Positions 35,361-48,680 of a stretch of 64,000 bases of DNA are shown here, one piece after another. The position numbers and the translations under genes were made by a program. The notes under the pieces are model-generated. The model ran no database searches. It saw only the letters and a list, made by a program, of their open reading frames with translations, and was not told the DNA's origin. The stretch covers positions 2,418,001 through 2,482,000 of the forward strand of contig SMSO01000032.1 in the NCBI GenBank assembly GCA_004764695.1, written 5' to 3'. Each line of letters opens with the position of its first letter. Within the stretch, counting starts at the first letter, position 1. Source of the DNA: Schizochytrium sp. TIO01. Its lineage: Eukaryota > Protista > Bigyra: Labyrinthulomycetes.

Positions 35361-38300
35361 ATTGTTTACTCCGTTGGTTAAGTGACTTTTTTCTTTCTTC
35401 TTCTATCATACGTACCTCCTACTGTTGTTTTACTCAATAGTCCTAAGTAAGTACTATGCGTTTTTTACTCTTCACACAGTAGAGAATGAAATTATCTCAC
35501 GCTTTCCTCTTTTCTTCTTTCGCTGTGAATTCAGAATTCTTTTGCCCTTCGAGGAGGTGGCCACTGCTCGTTTCGAATCCTTTCATAGCGCTTGGACCAT
35601 AGTTGAAGGGGATCGCAACTGCTCCTTCGGGCTCGTGTATCAACAGGACGGCCTTGGTCGGTGGGCGTGAACAGCACAGCAAAGTCAACATTCATGCTCT
35701 ATCTCAGTGTGCTTTTCTTTTGCCCCGTTTGCTCCTTATGCTCCTTTGCTCCTTTTGGTCATTGAATAATAGCAAACAAAAACTACCAATCAGTCAATGA
35801 GAATAAATGAATATCGTAAAAACTCAAGATGGATATGAGTGAATTCGTTGCCCAATTCAATCTTGAATCAATGGATTGATCATTTCTGCATCAACTCTAA
35901 CCTAGACACTTCTTGAAGTTTGTAAATTCATGAAAGCATTGAGCACTCGCATGGTCTTTATAACGATGAGTAATCTTCAAGTTGTAGAACATCCTCGCCA
36001 AGTTCGCCTTCGTCTAAAGTTGCTACTACTCCTGTGAATAATCGTCACTGCCAAAGCTCGTAAACTGCATTCCGAACATGACTAGAGAAGTACGTCCTCG
36101 AGTTTGCAGCAACATCGGCAGAGCTTGTTGACGAAATGTCTACTTAGCGAGTGAGTGAACTCAACGCATCGTTCAAGTTACTGTATTTTTAGTTACCTTT
36201 TTTAATTTACAATAAAAAATAAAAATTCAACATTGATAGTGGTACCGTATTACATCCTTAACAGAGGAAAGAAAATAAAAGGATCCTTCATCCTACTGAG
36301 ATTAGATGTTCTTCTCTCTCTACTTTCTTTCTTTCTCATTGTCAATAAATGAATAAAAAAAAGAAATGCAGGAACGTGCACAAAGCCGAGCTATTTGTTC
36401 AATCAGTGGGCCTCACTCAGCTAAAGCCGTGTCGCGAAACTCAAGAGAAAGTTCTTGCTTAGCATAGACGCAACGAAGAGATGCCTCAGTCAAGTGGAGA
36501 ACATCGTGTTCATTTCCGAAGCTTATGGCTGTGACATCCCCAGCTTCTTGAGAAATCAAAAGCTTATAAAATAAAATTAAATTAAAAAACCAAAATCAAA
36601 ACAGCCAACTTATTGTAGTTGTTCAAAGTAAAGTTTAAACAGGTGTGCTCCATAGTACACTCATGTTATAACATGTGGTAGTAGTACGAGTATTCCACCT
36701 TTAATTGAGCAATCATAAATCAAAGAACTTAAATACAGCGAAGAGAATGAATAAACGATGTGTCCTGAGAGAAAGAAAAAAGCCAATAAAAGCCAATGGA
36801 AGACACCTTCGAGCTTGCAATTTGCAACTTGAAGCTTGCGATTTGTACAGACCCTAGTCGATCGCGTGAGTTATTACGGGCCCTAAAGCAGAATCTTGGC
36901 TGCTTCAGCAAACCCCATGCGTCTTGAGCACTTCATGCCTCGATTCTATAAAGCCCTGAAATCTTAAATCGTTCTGGACGTGAACCCGAGTAAGAACGAT
37001 TGAAACCCCAGCTGGCAAGTTGGCTAGTGCGTGTATGGTACACGACACCGAGTATTCAACACTATTTAAAATCCAGATTACGCATTGTCTGTGGAGACCG
37101 GACTGGCTAGAATTGAAGACGGTGGGGAATAGGAGTCTGTTATACACGGGTAGGACCTCTGAGGCTTTAAATAGATAGATACGAGCGAAGAAAGAGAAAG
37201 AGGAAGGGTTGAAAAGAGTCTCATGAAACAAATCGAAACGAAGAACTCGATCATCTCGAGACGAGTGTTTCTTGCACAAAAGAGTGGGTGCCTAGCAAAG
37301 AGCTGAAGGCTGGAGCTGTGCCGACGAAAGTTGTAACGGCAGTGAAGAGTCCGTCGAATGTAGCCAGCTCGCTGGGGCCCATTCCTGCGTATTTTGGCAG
37401 AACTGCAGGGCAATGAGGAACAAATCAGCAGAGACCAAGAACTGAGGACAGCGCGAAGACAAAAACACGATGTCGCTTCTTAGACACTGAATAGTAGTCA
37501 GTATTGTTAATTCTACCAGTAGGGTGTAGGTGCCTTCAGGGGTAGGCACTAATAGAAAGCAAGTATGATTTGGTGTGCTTTTGCATGGCTCAGATTACAT
37601 TGCAATGAATACAAAATATGTGCCAACTTGCGAAGCTTGCTTTGCTTCGACTCATTCACAACGTGGGCAACAATGCAGCTTCAGGATTGATGGGATAAGT
37701 GTGTTGGTTTTCGTCGATATAAACATTTGCAAAGGTAGCGATGGCGACCTTTGATCTTCGAATGGTTTGTTTATCTAATCTACTGCTTCGTTGGGTGAAA
37801 TTATTCACTTTCAGGATGAAGGGTGACCAAGGATGAATGATCTTGAAGTTGATGGAGACATTGTTGGCAACGACAGTTTCGAGGTTAAGTTTAGGTATGA
37901 TGTATTACAAAGAAAATTGAGGTGATCTTATTCCTCATTCTAATAATGAAACAGAACCTAGATAATCGTCAAAGCGGCATGCAATGAATTGCAATTCTGA
38001 TGAGTTTTCTGTCTTTTTGGACAGGGGATGTCTCCGTGCAGATAGATGGGGAAATCAGAGAAAGGTATTGATAGATGCATCAACTTGCTTGACATGGATC
38101 AGTTCCCCTCTTGCAAATCTTTGACCTGGAGACAGGCAACATCAATTAAACCAATGGGTTCTATATGTCCACTTAAGATAGGATGATCTTCAGTGCTCTT
38201 TTCTTTGTTTCCAACTTGAAGATTGCTCATATTTGCTAGCTAGCCAGCTACACTCTGTGCTCGGGAGACGGCCCAGAAAGTTCGCGATTGCCTGCCACGA

Positions 38301-41109
38301 CGGAATGCTCATTAAAGCTGGCTATCAGGAGTCAATTCTTCATAGCGCATATTTCAGAGGAGCTAGACTCTGCTTGCTTGCAAGTAAGGTGCTTCCTTTT
38401 GTTGGCCAGCTTGTTAGCTAGGTCTTGCTTACGCACAGGTCAGCGAACTCAACTCCATTCCGGCGGTGCAGAAAGGATTGAAGAGGTCTTAATACAATAA
38501 ATCTTGCGAGCTCGGGAAAAAAAAAAAAAAATCAAAACATTGTTGAAAAAGTCGAACTTGAGCCTCGCATGCGCAACTCTTTAGTGCAGGTCCTTGCAAG
38601 GTTAAAGTACCTACAAGGTTCGGAAATTAGGCCCAAGTTTCCGCCAGAGGGGTTTGTTCTACGCTTAGTTTTTTTAATTAAAAATAAACAAATGAAAGGT
38701 TGTAGTCTGTGGTACGCTGCGCCCAGTAGAAGCAAAGAGCTTCAACCCAAACACATTGCACTCTGAGAGTCCCAGTACAAATGTTGTTGAGATAGTAATG
38801 CACACGATGATGGGTTTGGATTATGGTTGCTTTTTTAAAGTTATTGTTAAATAAAGAAGGAAACTTTTTCTTAAGATGGGTAATTGGCTTTGGTTGATGT
38901 AATATTCTAGTAGCACACTCAAAATGTAGCGTTCGGTTGTCATGATTCCTGAATCCCGTCATGGGTCTTGAGAAGCGGGGTAGCCCAAGTTGGTTTTTAA
39001 CGCACACCCACAGGCGCCTATTCGACTCACGCGCTTGCTTTAAAGGCTGGTTTCGAGTCGCGATTCGGCCTGGCTCCAGTATTATTAAAGTAGACTAAAA
39101 AGTTGAGAAATGAAAAATATATCGAAGTCCTATATCAAAGTAGGTCATACAAGTTGTATCAAGTTAGGTCATTCAAGTTGCTGTGTTACCTGACAAATTC
39201 ATCTTGGTACGCTGTTGATAACTTGAGGAAGCTGCAGAATGCAGCCTCCGCCGCAAGGGCCGCTTCCCAATTTGTGCTACCTAGCCATGATGAGAAAATG
39301 AATAGTGCTCCTTTCAATCTAACCCATAACTGAACGAATAAAGTTAGATTCCCCTGGCCAAAAGAGATCGAATTGTAGGCGAAGGTGTTTTCCACTCGGT
39401 TTGAATGGGTGGATTCGGAAAGACTCATGTTTCACAGTGTATGCATCGTCCATACCTTATGTTCAAAGAAAATCAGGAATGGCAGAAGTAGCTACTAGTA
39501 CATGAAGTGGCGAAGTGAAGGAAGATGTATACCTCCAAAAGACCAACTTATAATGCCTTTGCCATTCGAAAGCACTCGTAAGGTAGTAGCGACAATCTCG
39601 CACGGAGGAGACAGCAGCTTCCGCAAGACCCGGACAAATTGCAACTTCGAAGGTGCAGCGCAGCACTTTTAAGGAGATAAGGTTGCAGGTGAATGAATGC
39701 ACAATAAGTTGTCGAGCAATGCAGCGATAAAATTGAAGATGGTCAAGCAGGAAACTAGAGCGAAGCCGTGATACTATCATGACGGTATTACTACTATCTA
39801 GGTACTGCTGCAGGCACGCGGTCGGCGATATCTGTTTCACGCATCAAGCTCGTTCTACTAATTGATATGGGAACTTTTGAAGTTCTGTATGTAACATTTG
39901 AGTATGCATCAAGGGGAAGATCACGTTGTTTGAGAGCCACCTGGCCATTCATTTTTCAACTGAGCCTGCGACAGGACCCGTTCCCTTTTCAGGTTCAAGT
40001 GCTTTGTTAGAATTGTCTTCTCATTCTTGCATCGTGCGTCACTGGAAGTTTTCACTGAGATCGACTATGCAGACCATCCCGAGAAGTGAGGTGAGGCATG
40101 AGAATAGCAGTGGGATAGTGGTTATTTAGGGTACAAGGTAGGTAGCTAGTCATGAACGCCACGTTGAACAAAGTAAACTAAGAAAACTGAAGATCTTGAT
40201 TTTGGCCATCTCTACATAATCTGAATTATACTGAGAATTCAAAGCAATGGGCTATTATTTTAAAGATATGCGTGCGCGCTGAAGGACGGAAGGGCCAATT
40301 ACTTTCTGGTGCCTCCCGTCGAGTTTAGGCCTCTGACTGCTCAGTGAAGGCTTTTTGTAAGGATGCTCAGGGTGAGTCACATATGAGCTAATCATAATGT
40401 ACGCTGCGACACAAACATGGACATTTTTCATTCGTCTTTTTCCTTTTCTTTAAAATATTAACTGCATGCGCGATTGTTCATGCTTTCTTATTTGCAATCT
40501 GCGGCAATATGCAATTGTTAGAGTTACACACGAGCGCATGTGCTCGACAAACTACCTCTCTCATTGCTAAGATAATAGCTATTCTTGTATAAACATACAA
40601 AGAGGGTAGAGAAGAGATTAACCTGTAACACTCAAACAGTGTATGACGGAGAAACAGGTAGGCTCGCAGTGGCACTTTGTTTGACTTCGATCAGCTAGTC
40701 GAAATTATTTCCTTAAAACTGAAAAAGCTTGCAGTACTTCTCTTACATATTTCATGGCATCCATATGATATTCTTTTTATAAACAACCTCTGCCTGTCAG
40801 TTACACCTTTTCGATCAAAAGATCCAGCATTTGTAGGAACCTAATCGTAAAGTCTTCAGAAGGTTATTCTATATAACCCCCCCCCCCCCCAAAAAAAAAA
40901 AAAAATGAACCTGCATTCAAGCATCCATTTAGAAAAGAAATAAAAATCAAGCTGGGTGGCTCCAGATTTAGTTTCATGTTTGCTACGATTACCCTCCAAG
41001 AAGGATGGTCATATAAGATGACAATATTTGATTTTGCATACAACATAAAGCTTAGGACCATGATATTATAACGATCCAAGGACAGACACATTATCTCTGC
41101 TGGAGCTAG

Positions 41110-42858
41110 CTAGGTGTCTGAAAAAAAAGCAGGTGGAAATGCTGAAATATCCTCAAGTATTTGGAAAACGGTAGCCATACGATCATTAGCCACATCCGCG
41201 GCGTTTTCTCCATAACAGTAGCCGTCCTCAGGAGGTAGTAATCGATTGAAAAAATCTGCTCTCTCGTGGGGACTTGTTAGTTGACTCTCAACCATTCCAA
41301 CCAAGTCAGTATAGTGAGAAGCTCGTGTTAAGTTCCTTTGGCAATATCGAATAACATTTTGCTGAGTTGTTGTGAATCTGCTCATAAATGAAGATTCTGT
41401 TGACTGTTGTGTTCCAGATCCCCTAGATGACATAGAAATCTGTGATTGCAAATGAGAAAATGAAGCATCAGAGTGAGAGGCTTTTAATCCATCTTCTACA
41501 ACCTTCTCGGAGTCTTTCTCAGAATCTGACACTTCACGTTTTGCGTTGTTTGAAGCTTCTTCTACTTGCATGTTAGCAACTCTGTTCACTAGAGTGAAGT
41601 CGGTCGTAGTAGATCTCCCGCTTTCCGATATATTGCAGTTTAGCCCTCCTGAAGCTTCTTCTACTTGCATTTTAGAAACTTTATCCACTAAAGTGAAGTC
41701 GGTCGAAGTAGATATCACGCTCCCCAATTTATTGCAGTGTAACCCTTTGATGCCAGCTACAAGGCTCTTCGTTGTACTGCATGACTTGACGCTATTGGTA
41801 TCGAGATCGACCAAAATATAACTCGAGCTGTCAGAGGAATTTTCATCTTTGACCAGTAGCTCTTCTTCTGAAGTCGAATGTTTAGATCTTTTGGATCTTG
41901 AGGCTTCCTGTAAACCTCTGTTCTGCATACTGTCGTGCTCTCTTTTACTTTTGTTGACTTGCACAAATCCATCAGCATCTTCCTTACCAAGGTTGCAGCT
42001 AGAAGAGGGGGAAGAAGACCCACCGTCCACGTCAACGAAACAGTTTCCTTCCTCATCATCATCCTGAGCATCACGTTCCGAAGAATGACCGTGTTTCTTC
42101 AGAATCAGTTTCTTGTTTTCATTTTTAAGAGATTCTGCAATTACATGCTTTAGGACATCATCGTCGATTTCTTCACTTGCCGAACACGAAGATCTCGCAC
42201 GAGCGCCAGTATTACCTCCCACCGACGTGAGGTTGTTTTCCTCTTGAATAGCAAAGTTTACGACTTCATTGTTGATTTCTTCGCTTGCTGAACATGAAGA
42301 TCTCGCACGAGCGCCAGTATTACCTCCAACCGACGAGAGGTTGTTTTCCTCTCGAATAGCAGAGTTTACGACTTCATTGTCGATTTCTTCACTTGTCAAA
42401 CTTGCAGATCTTGTACGTGCGCCAGAACTTGCAGATCTTGTACGTGCGCCAGAACTTTCGCTCACAAATATGACTTCGCTTTCCTCTGGATTCGCATAGT
42501 TTTCCCCAAAGAGGTTTTGGGCACGGGTGAAGGCCTCCTTGTCTACAGGGTGAAGCCACTGTGTAGTTTCGGTGTGAAAGTTATAGTAATAAATGTGGCT
42601 GTGCTGTCTGGACAAACAAGGTGCCCAGCCGCTGTCAAGTGGCGTACACAATAGGTTTTGTGCAATTTCCTGGAACGCTTGATGGTAACCCAAGGGGATC
42701 TTGAGATAGTTGCAGTATCTTCTAAGCAGTTCATTATCTGGGGCGGTGCACTGTAGAAGTTCTTCCATCTCTTCATCGCCACTATCATCGTCTCCTTCAT
42801 TCCTCGAAATAAGCATGCGGAAAGGATGCTCGAAACTAGGCATTCTATCGAGATCCAT
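41110..42858 (-). CDS. WW-domain protein (CEP164-type N-terminal module) with UIM-like repeats
   Basis: ELLRRYCNYLKIP...EIAQNLLCTPLDSGWAPCLSRQHSHIYYYNFHTETTQWLHPVD, followed by 36-aa repeats ending in EEIDDDVLKHVIAESLK. Confidence 0.8.
   Translation of the reverse strand: MDLDRMPSFEHPFRMLISRNEGDDDSGDEEMEELLQCTAPDNELLRRYCNYLKIPLGYHQAFQEIAQNLLCTPLDSGWAPCLSRQHSHIYYYNFHTETTQWLHPVDKEAFTRAQNLFGENYANPEESEVIFVSESSGARTRSASSGARTRSASLTSEEIDNEVVNSAIREENNLSSVGGNTGARARSSCSASEEINNEVVNFAIQEENNLTSVGGNTGARARSSCSASEEIDDDVLKHVIAESLKNENKKLILKKHGHSSERDAQDDDEEGNCFVDVDGGSSSPSSSCNLGKEDADGFVQVNKSKREHDSMQNRGLQEASRSKRSKHSTSEEELLVKDENSSDSSSYILVDLDTNSVKSCSTTKSLVAGIKGLHCNKLGSVISTSTDFTLVDKVSKMQVEEASGGLNCNISESGRSTTTDFTLVNRVANMQVEEASNNAKREVSDSEKDSEKVVEDGLKASHSDASFSHLQSQISMSSRGSGTQQSTESSFMSRFTTTQQNVIRYCQRNLTRASHYTDLVGMVESQLTSPHERADFFNRLLPPEDGYCYGENAADVANDRMATVFQILEDISAFPPAFFSDT
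42163..42457. repeat. Coding tandem repeats: 108-bp unit (2 copies plus a partial) and 27-bp unit (2 copies)
   Basis: gatctcgcacgagcgccagtattacctcc at 42191 and 42299; aacttgcagatcttgtacgtgcgccag occurs twice. Confidence 0.9.
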
Positions 42859-44104
42859 TTTCTTTGTTTCTAAGTAGGAAAGGCTAGTGCTTTTCCTCCT
42901 TATCCCCTGGCCTTTTCAGCAAAGACGGCGTTTGGAATCAGAAGAGAAAGCCAAAGACTTTCCCGAAAATTTAATCAGACTATACCACCACGCAGGCTTT
43001 TACAGCAATCCAGAAACCAGCTTGGTTCCGTCTGTTTGGAGCACTGCTAGTTATGCTTCTGCTCGTGGCCCCGGGTCGTAGCTCTTTCACGGACTCGAGT
43101 AGCTCTTTGGTTTCAATTTGCTGGTATGGCGCTCTTGAGATGAAATTCAAGCAAGCAAAGCAAGCAAACAAGCAAGCAAACAAGCAAGCGTAGATAGTTG
43201 GTTGTCCTTCCCTGAAACCAATCGCCTCAGAGTTCGAGCACGGCTTGCCGTCGGTGGCAGTCTCCAAAGATCGCGGACGAATTGGGTTTGCTTTCAACAT
43301 ATCGATGAAGATACTCTATTAGCGGAATTCCTAATAAGTAGCAAGTAGAGTCCGTTGTGAGGGAGAACTATAAATATGGTACCGCACTTGTGAGGGAACC
43401 CCCCGCAGCATAAAGAGCCTCCTCCCAAGCCGCGCTGGAGTTTATCTGATTATATCTCCACAGCTTGTGAGGACATTTCTCGTCTGAGAGGGGGAGAGAG
43501 TTCATGATTTGCCCCACAGTCACCTCCTCTCCCCTCTTCCTCCTTTGGAGTGAGGATGGGTCCTCCACTAAACAGAAAGAACAATACCCTAGCTCACGAT
43601 CCGACTTTGGAGCTGAGGCCTGAGGCGAGCAAGCAGTCGTCCTGGCTTGGCCTGGGGATCTACCTCTCTATCCATCTTTCCATCTATCTTTCCATCTGTT
43701 GATCGCACGGCTGCGCTGCCTCCGCCTCCAGCCATTATTTTTCTGGGAGCGTAATAATTGCTTTGAAGTTGCTCCTTTCATTTTTAGTATTCTTCCTTTT
43801 TCTCCTTTCTTCTTTTTGTTTTCCTTTCTTCGTCTTTTTCTCCTTTCTTCTTTCTGCTCCTCTTTTTATCCTTTCTTCTTTTTGTTTCCCTTTTAGTTCT
43901 CCTTTTCCCAACTTTTGGTTTCTTCTTCTGATTCCTCCAACTCTTCAGGATCTCTTCGAGCCGCTGAAGCACGAGCGGCGCCTTCGTGGACTCGAGGGAG
44001 GAAAGGGATGCACGGGGAGTGAAGCAGAGCAGAGCCTTCTCCTCCGTTTGCATTCCTTCGCGCCTCCGCTCCTTCGTCTCATGATTATGGAGTTGTTTAG
44101 TTTT

Positions 44105-44270
44105 CATTTTTTGTTTGTTTGTTTGTTTGATTCTTTTGATAGATAGATTGATTGATTTATTCATTCATTCATTCATTCATTCATTCATTCATTTGTTTGT
44201 TTGTTTCTTTGTTTGTTTGTTTCTTTGTTTGTTTCTTTGTTTGTTTCTTTGTTTGTTTCTTTGTTTCCAT
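44105..44270. repeat. Compound microsatellite (TTTG/TCAT/TTTGTTTC)
   Basis: Directly visible. Confidence 0.85.
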
Positions 44271-44888
44271 TTATTTTCCAACCAAAGAATAATACTCATT
44301 TGGAAATTGATGACCTCAGAAAGAAAGTGTCGAACATTAAATTTCTTTTAACTTTAAAGAGCGATTAAAGGATGTAAACTGAAAGCGTGAAGCTTCGAGA
44401 GACTACCTGCCTGCATCGCAACCAGGAAAGGCAAGGCGCCGCAAGGAGGACATCGGCTGGTGCATGTATCCCGGCTGGAGACGTCTGCGACAGCTCGCAG
44501 GCCTACCTACCTGACTATCTTGCGCAAACAGTGCAGGACCCGACCATTCGCTGTGAGCAAACTTCAGGCTACCCAACTGCCTTCCTGGTTATACACTGAA
44601 ATGGAAACAAGACAACCAACGCTATAAGCAGCATGGATGGATAGAGGCGAAGGGTCTTATTGGGAGCGAAGCGGAGAGTGCCTGAAAAAGTGACACTGTT
44701 GACGAGAGGGCTGGTTGGCTCATGCCACACTTCGAGTCTCGGCGGACCGCAGACTTCCTGATCAACACACACCTGCCACGATCAGAGAGAGCAATCTCAA
44801 GTGTTGATAGAGTCTTGGCTGGACATGATCAAGAGGGAAAACAAACGACTCAGTAGTGCAGAGGCCGATATATGTATATGTGCGTTTT

Positions 44889-44919
<31 letters not shown>

Positions 44920-44997
44920 TTCATGTGAATAGGAAAGCCCATTCAAGGAGTTTACATAAAAACATAGCTTCGTTTATTTTGTTGCAGAGTATAAAGT

Positions 44998-47900
44998 TCA
45001 TGATGGCTGAAGGAGATCATCGAGCTCCAAGTCCGAGTCTTCGTCGTCCATGGAGCGCGAGTCGCGAGATTGGTGAAAGCTATGATCGGAGCTACGAATG
45101 CCCGAGCCAAAAATGTGCGCCTTGGATCGCATACCACGAAGTGCACGTTGCATACGCACAAAGACGCTGGAGTAGTGATAAATTGCGTGCTCTTGATCCT
45201 TTTTCGAAATTTGAATGCTAGTCATCTGTTCCTGACTCAGGCCAGATAGCGGCTCGTATCTACAAACCCAATCGTGGCTACATATTTCGTCCATGGTGGC
45301 ACGAGAGCGAGGGTCCTTGTCAAGCATACGCTGTAAAAGTACACGAAGACGCATGCTAGTACCAAGCCCGGTACCAGGAAACCGAAGAGGATTCTCGAGG
45401 ATTCGCTGCTGCATTTCCTCCTGAGTAAGGGGAGCACGAGAAGAACGCTTCCTACGAAGGGGGCTGACGACAAGGTCAAGGGGTGATGGCGAGCGATCGT
45501 CGGAACCATTACGCGGTTCGTCGCGCTCACCACTAGAATATGCAGCTGAGCCATCACGCTCAAGAGAAGACGTTGACCCAGCGGAAGAGAAAGTTGTGAA
45601 CTTGCGCATTTGGGAGAATGAGCCTCTTGATTGACGGCGACGTTGGGTAAAGGGAAGACCGCCATAGATGAAGGCATAAAGCGTGACGCCCATTGCCCAA
45701 ATATCAGCGGCGCGTCCAGGGATAAACTGCTCAGGGCGAGGCCCAAGGACGCTGCTCTCGCGCGTGAGGCTTAGGGCAGTCTCTTGCGTCGCTGCAGCAT
45801 TTTCCATGTCATCAGCATCTCGGAGCATGCGCTCTTGCAGGGCTTCCTCATTTGCCTTGATGCGGTAAAACTCAGGAGGTAAGAAAGCGGGTGTGCCCAC
45901 CACAAGGGTTGTGGCAATAAGGTCATCGTCGTTACCCAAAATTTTGTTGGCTTTGCCTTGGCGTGTTTGTGCGGCAATACCAAGATCCGTGAGTTTAAGT
46001 TGACGTTTTACGCGATCAATGATAAGGTTTGATGGTTTGATATCTCGATGCATAATTCCATGATGGTGAAGATACCTCACAGCAGAGCAGAGTTGGCGAA
46101 AGTAGTCACGAGCCTCATCTTCGGGAAGAGGCACACCAGAATTCTTGAGCAAGAGTTGGTCAGAGAGTTGACGCAAGGGTCCACCTGAAACATATTCGAA
46201 AACAAGGTGAATGTCACGATCAGTCGTAACATCAACGATTTCTAGAAGCCTGACAATGTTTGGATGGTTGACCTTCTTCAAAAGAGCGATTTCGCGGCTG
46301 ACTTGTTTCATGACTGAGGACATGCCTGAGCCTCCTTTGCGCCGGCGGCGGCCCACATTGCGTGGCATTGCTGTAGTACCAACAACGAGGCTTCCTCCTT
46401 TCACAGTCTTGATGGCCACGAACTCATTGGTGTCAATATGACGACATTTCATGACGGTGCCTTGGGCGCCACGACCGATGAGCGAAATAATCTCGTACTT
46501 ATCTCCGATCATGCGCTTCTTTCCAGGGCGCGGTGAGGCCTCCTGTACGTCACCGTCCTTCCAAGTTAAGGGCATGGGTGGTTTAAGAAGTGAGGACGGG
46601 GGCTCTGCGGGTCCTTGGGCAGGGAGGTGGAACCATGCGAGAGCTGTGGGTATGATCGAATTGGTTGTTGCCCTTTTGCTCGATATCATCATCGTGGATG
46701 GTCTCATCTGATCCAGTCACCGCCTCACCGAGTCGTACCGTCACTGATTTATACACTCGGCCGTAAGACTCTGCATCATCATCTTCTAGAGCCAATTCGT
46801 CTGTGATGGTACTATTACTATGGCTCTTTCGTCCGCCACTAGTTGTATCTTGATCGTTGTCCTCGTCTTCTTCTTTGATGACGTTGTTATTTGGTTTATG
46901 ATGCCCGAAGCTTTTAGCGCTACTGGTGCTACTGCTACAGCCTTGTTGATCCTCGTTAAATTGCTGTTGATAGTGAAACACTGGGCTTCCACTCCGAGAG
47001 AAGCTACCCATGCTCAAGTTGCTTGTGGGACTGAAGTTGTTGTTGCTGATGGTGTCGGTGTTGTCTGTGTTTACTGTTACTACCCCTAATGATGCCGCAG
47101 AAGCAGAGGCAGAAGCAGAGGTTCTAGGAAAGTCGTCCCCATAGGTTTCTATGGGTCCAAACGTTACAGTATGATGCCCAGGTATTGGGGCATATGGAGA
47201 AGATGGAGATGCTGGGGTATCTGCCGGTACATCATCATTTGAAACAGATACTGGTGCTGGAGCCGGTAGTAGGTCCACTGGGTCATCTGAAATGAGCGGA
47301 CCGCTGTCCTCGTGTTCTGACACAGGGCGATCTGGTTGTTCTAAACTCTTTCCAGTGCCCCCTTGCAAATTATTAGCGAGAATATCTTGCACAGAACAGT
47401 TTCCTGACGCGTAAACGTCGTCCGGTGCTAGTTTCACTGACGAGTTCGCATCATCATATGAAGCTTTCCCTACGTCATTTATCGTCGCCGAGTTTGTGTT
47501 AATGTTATTCTGTTGTTCCTCCTTCTGTTGTTGTTGCTGTTGTTGTTGTTGTTGATGATGATGCATCTTTCCCATTGCCGTTGCGAGTGAAAAGCCCATA
47601 GAACTAGACGAATCCTGAGACGTTCCCAGGAGGTCTGTTGCAGACTTTTCCTCTTCCACAACGACCTCGAGGGGTTCATCTAGAGAGGTTTCTCTGGCCA
47701 AAGGTACGCCTTTTGCTCTTTGCCTTTTCCTGCCATTTCCTTCTGTTGCAGATGTTGTTGTCAAACTGCCCCCCATAGTATTGCTATTCCCAGCTTGAGC
47801 TAACCTTGCGCCTTGTGCCGCTGTTAGGCTTTCCCTTGCAAGGAAATCGGCTGAGTCCTCGTCCATGCCAGCTCCAGCATTCGCCGCACATTTCTGATCT

Positions 47901-48076
47901 CCTGCGCCCGCCGCTCCATCCGCAGCGAAGGTTCCCGCCTGCGTACTCCGCGCGGCTTTCTTGGCCTGCTGCTGCCGTGGTGCTGGGACGGTCCCTGAAT
48001 GCGGTCCTTCCGCGTGCCGGGGCTTCCGCGCCTCCGCCGCGCCTCCGCCACGCGACGTCGACACCTCGCCGCCCAT
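44998..48076 (-). CDS. CaMKK-like Ser/Thr protein kinase with long low-complexity N-terminus; frame change at ~46620-46730
   Basis: IGRGAQGTV, VAIK, REIALLKKVNHPNIVRL, HRDIKPSN, LTDLG, GTPAFLPPE, DIWAMGVTLYAFIYG. The first ATG (48076, MGGEVS) fits the myristoylation consensus. The two ORFs join by removing 1 nt or an 85-nt GT-AG intron. Confidence 0.8.
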
Positions 48077-48522
48077 TTCCGCGACCGCGAGATAGCCCGC
48101 CAGCCAGCGCTCCCGCCGGCCAGCCAGCCCGCCCGCTCCCTCCCGCGCGACCGCCACGAGGCCCGCACGCGAGCGCCTCCGCGCGACCGCCACGAGGCCT
48201 CCTCCTCGCGTGCCTCCCTTTGCCTGTTTGTTTCCTCTCCTTTTGCCCAAAGCTTTTCTCTTTCTCTTTCTCTCTCCTGTTCCCCGTGTTCCCCTTGTTC
48301 CCCTTATTCCTCTCTTTCCTTCTTATTCCTCTCTTTCCTTCTTATTGCTCTTATTCTTCTAATTGCTCTTATTCTTCTAATTGCTATTCTTCTCTTTCTC
48401 CGCTTATCATTACTATCCCCATAGTATTCTTCCTATTCCTCCGCTTCCTTCCTCTAAACATGCGAGTTTTATAGGGAGGCCCACTCCTAGCCGCTGCTAC
48501 CTTTTACGCTAGCTGTGGACAG

Positions 48523-48566
48523 ACAAACAAACAAACAAACAAATAAACAGCAATTTGAAAGAAGGA

Positions 48567-48602
<36 letters not shown>

Positions 48603-48680
48603 AACAGAGAAAGAAAGAAAGAAAGAAACAGAGAAAGAAAGAGCGACAAACTAAGTGAGCAGAACAACCGACAAACAAAC
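48523..48680. repeat. (CAAA)n/(AAAG)n microsatellite block
   Basis: Directly visible. Confidence 0.85.

Noticed and set aside
34963-35440. FVCL/TNKQ repeat ORFs
   Set aside because: Translations of the (TTTG)n microsatellite.
42163-42457. CRISPR-like repeat array
   Set aside because: In-frame coding tandem repeats without unique spacers, in a eukaryotic gene.
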